Assembly: GCA_041497895.1 (NCBI GenBank)
Contig: JBGQHJ010000096.1
Coordinates: 1-19,052 of the forward strand
Source: Candidatus Methylomirabilia bacterium
GTDB taxonomy: Bacteria; Methylomirabilota; Methylomirabilia; Rokubacteriales; CSP1-6
DNA length: 19,052 bases
Reading direction: 5' to 3'
Shown: positions 16,655 through 19,052 of the stretch, in pieces
Position numbering within the stretch: position 1 is the first letter of the stretch
Layout: every line of letters starts with the position of its first letter
Notes under the pieces: generated by a model
Databases searched by the model: none
Told to the model about the DNA's origin: nothing
The model's input: the letters and a program-made list of their open reading frames with translations, nothing else
Position numbers and translations under genes: made by a program

Positions 16655-16858
16655 TCAGACCTCCGTGGACTTCGGTTGGTGTCCCGCACAGCGTAGCACG
16701 GGGAGCCGCGGATACTTCGCAAACGCCGGGTCCCGGCTCGCGAGCGCGCAGAGCCAGAAGGCGGATCCCCGTCCGGAGACCACGCGCCGGGCGTGCGCGC
16801 AGCTCGCGCAGAGCCCGAGATCGTCGCGCGAAGGCCGCGCCTCGCCCGGCCGCGAAAT
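16655..16858 (-). CDS. Small Cys4 putative metal-binding protein (67 aa), no canonical start (ATT candidate)
   Basis: Manual translation (I)SRPGEARPSRDDLGLCASCAHARRVVSGRGSAFWLCALASRDPAFAKYPRLPVLRCAGHQPKSTEV*; fills the gap between two operon genes with 2-nt spacing on each side. Confidence 0.65.
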   Translation of the reverse strand: MSRPGEARPSRDDLGLCASCAHARRVVSGRGSAFWLCALASRDPAFAKYPRLPVLRCAGHQPKSTEV

Positions 16859-16860
16859 GG

Positions 16861-17643
16861 CTAGCGGCCGGTGAAGCGCGGCGGCCGCTTCTCGAAGAAG
16901 GCGGCGATCCCCTCGCGCGCGTCGTCGGACAGGGCCACCAGGGTGATCAGCTCCCGGAGGTAGCGCAGGGCCGCGCCGTACTCCATCTCCGGCACCATGG
17001 TCGCCGCCTCCTTGGCGAGCCCGAGGGCCGTCGGCGAATAGCCCGCGAGCGTGCGGGCCAGCGCGCCCACCGCGCCGTCCAGCTCGCCGCGGGGGACGAG
17101 GCGACTCACCAGCCCCATCTCGTAAGCCTCGCGCGCCGAAACCGGCTCGCCGGAGAGGATCATCAGCAGCCCACGCTTGCGTCCCACCGCGCGGAGAATC
17201 GGCGCCATGACGATGAGCGGGAGCAGCCCGACCTTGATCTCGGGCAGCCCGAAGGTAGCGTCGTCCGCGGCCACCACGACGTCCGCCCCGGCGGCCAACC
17301 CGCAGCCGCCGGCCAGCGCGTAGCCGTGCACCTGCGCGATCACGGGCGTGCGCATCCGGGCCATGTGCTCCAGGATGCGGCCGAGCCCGCCGAAGGACTC
17401 GCGCGCCTGGAGCGTCGTGCCGCGATCGGCCACCTTCTTGAGGTCCGCGCCCGCGCAGAACGCGCGATCCCCCGCCCCGCGCAGGACGACGACCCGCGCG
17501 GCCGGATCGTCCTCGAGCCGGCGCAGGGTGGATTCGAGCTCGCGCAGCAGGGCCTCGTTGAGCGCGTTGCGCACCTCCGGTCGGTTCAGGGTGACGCGGG
17601 CCACGCCCTCCGCCACCTCCACCAGCAGGACCGGCTCGGTCAT
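16861..17643 (-). CDS. Enoyl-CoA hydratase/isomerase family protein (single catalytic Glu type)
   Basis: [26 protein letters not shown] (first Glu absent), [13 protein letters not shown] overlap with the Nudix stop. Confidence 0.9.
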   Translation of the reverse strand: MTEPVLLVEVAEGVARVTLNRPEVRNALNEALLRELESTLRRLEDDPAARVVVLRGAGDRAFCAGADLKKVADRGTTLQARESFGGLGRILEHMARMRTPVIAQVHGYALAGGCGLAAGADVVVAADDATFGLPEIKVGLLPLIVMAPILRAVGRKRGLLMILSGEPVSAREAYEMGLVSRLVPRGELDGAVGALARTLAGYSPTALGLAKEAATMVPEMEYGAALRYLRELITLVALSDDAREGIAAFFEKRPPRFTGR

Positions 17644-18224
17644 CGCTCCGGCCCCTCGTCGAGGAGCCCGAGGAGCTGGCTCAGGATGCGCGCGGTCGCG
17701 CCCCACACGAGGTCGTCGGCCGAGACCTGGTAGAAGAGCACCGGGTGGGGCTCGCCGTCCCGCTCCCACATCTCGGTGCGGAAGATGGCGGGATCTCGCA
17801 GGGTGGCGAGCGGCACCTCGATCACCCGCTCGATCTCACGCCCGTCCGGCTTGAACTCCACCGGGTCCCGCACGATGCCCACCACCGGGGTGATCACGAA
17901 GTTGGTGGCCCGGGTCGGTGTGTCGTCGAGCAGACCCAGCACCTCCACCGCCTCCGCGGGCAGCCGGATCTCCTCCCAGGCCTCGCGCAGTGCGGTCTCG
18001 ACCCGCGACCCGTCCCGGGTCTCCACCAGGCCACCGGGGAACGAGAACTGTCCCTTGTGGTGGGGCACTCCAGAGGTCTTCTTGGTGAACACGATGTGGG
18101 GCCCGCCGTGGTCGGTGACCGGCACCAGCACCGCGGCCGACACCAGGTCGCTGCGATCGAGGGTGAGGCGCGGGCGCCGGCTCAGCGCCGCGTCGAGGCG
18201 TTTGCGCAGGGCTTCCAGGTCCAT
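17640..18224 (-). CDS. CoA pyrophosphatase (NudL/Nudt7-like Nudix hydrolase)
   Basis: AAVLVPV, HKGQFSFPGG, Nudix box TALREAWEEI, VWGATARIL. Confidence 0.88.
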   Translation of the reverse strand: MDLEALRKRLDAALSRRPRLTLDRSDLVSAAVLVPVTDHGGPHIVFTKKTSGVPHHKGQFSFPGGLVETRDGSRVETALREAWEEIRLPAEAVEVLGLLDDTPTRATNFVITPVVGIVRDPVEFKPDGREIERVIEVPLATLRDPAIFRTEMWERDGEPHPVLFYQVSADDLVWGATARILSQLLGLLDEGPER

Positions 18225-18231
18225 CCGCCGG

Positions 18232-18999
18232 TCAGACGAACCGGCACGACACGCTGCCGAGGCGCGTGAAGGAGGCGCGGGCCGACTGCCCGGCGGTCGG
18301 GCGCAGCACCTTCGAGATGGAGCCGGTGAGCACGATGTCGCCTGCGCGCAGGCCGCGCCCCATCCGGCCGAGCGTGTTGGCGGCCCACGCGAGCGACACC
18401 AGCGGGTTGCCCAGGACCTCCGCCGCGGTCTGGGTCGCGACGATCTGCCCGTCCTGCTCGAAGACCACGCCCTCGAGGGCGAGGTCGAGGCCGGTCACCG
18501 CCGTGAGCGGGCGGCCCAGCACGATGGCGTTGGCGTAGACGCCGTCCGCGATCACGTCGACCCCGCGCGGGGTGCCGCTCAGCCGGAAGTCGATCAGCTC
18601 GAAGGACGGCATCGCGCCCTCCACCGCCAGCAGCGCGGACGCGGTGGTCACGCCCGGACCGGCCAGGTCCGCCTTCAGGAGGAACGCCACCTCGACCTCG
18701 ACACCGGGCGCCACGAAGCGCGCGACGGGCACCGCGTCGCCGCTGCCGAACACTCCGGAGCCGAGCAGGAAGCCCAGGACCGGCTCGGTCACCCCGTGCC
18801 GCTCCTGGAGCGCGCCGGTGGTGAAGCCCACCTTCCATCCGATCACGCGCTCCCCTCGGCCGATCAGCGCCTGCTCGAGCTCACGCTGAAGCGCGTAGGC
18901 CCGCTCGAGCGTGAGATCGGGGGTGGTCTCACTCAGCGGGCTGGCCGCGCGCCGCGCCAGGCGACCCGCGAGGAGATGCTCGACGGACGACGCGGTCAC
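18232..18999 (-). CDS. FAH-family 2-keto-4-pentenoate hydratase/decarboxylase-like protein
   Basis: AYALQ, GWKVGFT, EVEVAF, ELID, VLGNP, GDIVLTGS. The GTG start is uncertain. Confidence 0.85.
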   Translation of the reverse strand: MTASSVEHLLAGRLARRAASPLSETTPDLTLERAYALQRELEQALIGRGERVIGWKVGFTTGALQERHGVTEPVLGFLLGSGVFGSGDAVPVARFVAPGVEVEVAFLLKADLAGPGVTTASALLAVEGAMPSFELIDFRLSGTPRGVDVIADGVYANAIVLGRPLTAVTGLDLALEGVVFEQDGQIVATQTAAEVLGNPLVSLAWAANTLGRMGRGLRAGDIVLTGSISKVLRPTAGQSARASFTRLGSVSCRFV

Positions 19000-19013
19000 G
19001 GAAGCGGCCGGGC

Positions 19014-19052
19014 TCAGCTCGCCACGGGACGTGGCTGCAGCCGGTCGACGAC
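19014..19052 (-). CDS. Possible 3' end of an upstream gene (...VVDRLQPRPVAS*)
   Basis: Open frame from the window edge to TGA at 19014-19016, 14 nt before the next start; too short to identify. Confidence 0.3.
   Translation of the reverse strand, partial: VVDRLQPRPVAS

Noticed and set aside
16745..16815. 11-bp direct repeat CGCGCAGAGCC, 60 bp apart
   Set aside because: Explained by two x-Leu-Cys-Ala codon runs in the hidden Cys4 ORF; not CRISPR or an operator.

Overview
High-GC bacterial DNA with no RNA genes, mobile elements or CRISPR. The codon style and gene content suggest Ca. Rokubacteria/Methylomirabilota, but that is only an inference. Left half (1-7800): a PHA storage and fatty-acid locus with two acyl-CoA ligases, a divergent phasin-like gene, phaR, phaJ (MaoC), a short phaE-like subunit, class III/IV phaC, an SCP2 lipid carrier, an SDR, a crotonase and a FadR-like TetR. 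It has clear sigma70 promoters and a shared candidate operator, TRACGC-N3-GCGTYA. Middle: tandem-PilZ protein, LLM oxidoreductase and lipoprotein SppA. Right: a minus-strand run of FAH hydratase, CoA Nudix, crotonase, an unannotated 67-aa Cys4 ORF lacking a canonical start, a FecR-domain protein, a double hot-dog protein and an NtrC-type sigma54 activator. After it, a consensus sigma54 promoter precedes a 100-aa stand-alone copy of that activator's own DNA-binding helix-turn-helix and a PAS-GAF-PAS hybrid kinase. The activator plus HTH-only twin module is the most unusual element and may be a built-in anti-activator feedback circuit.
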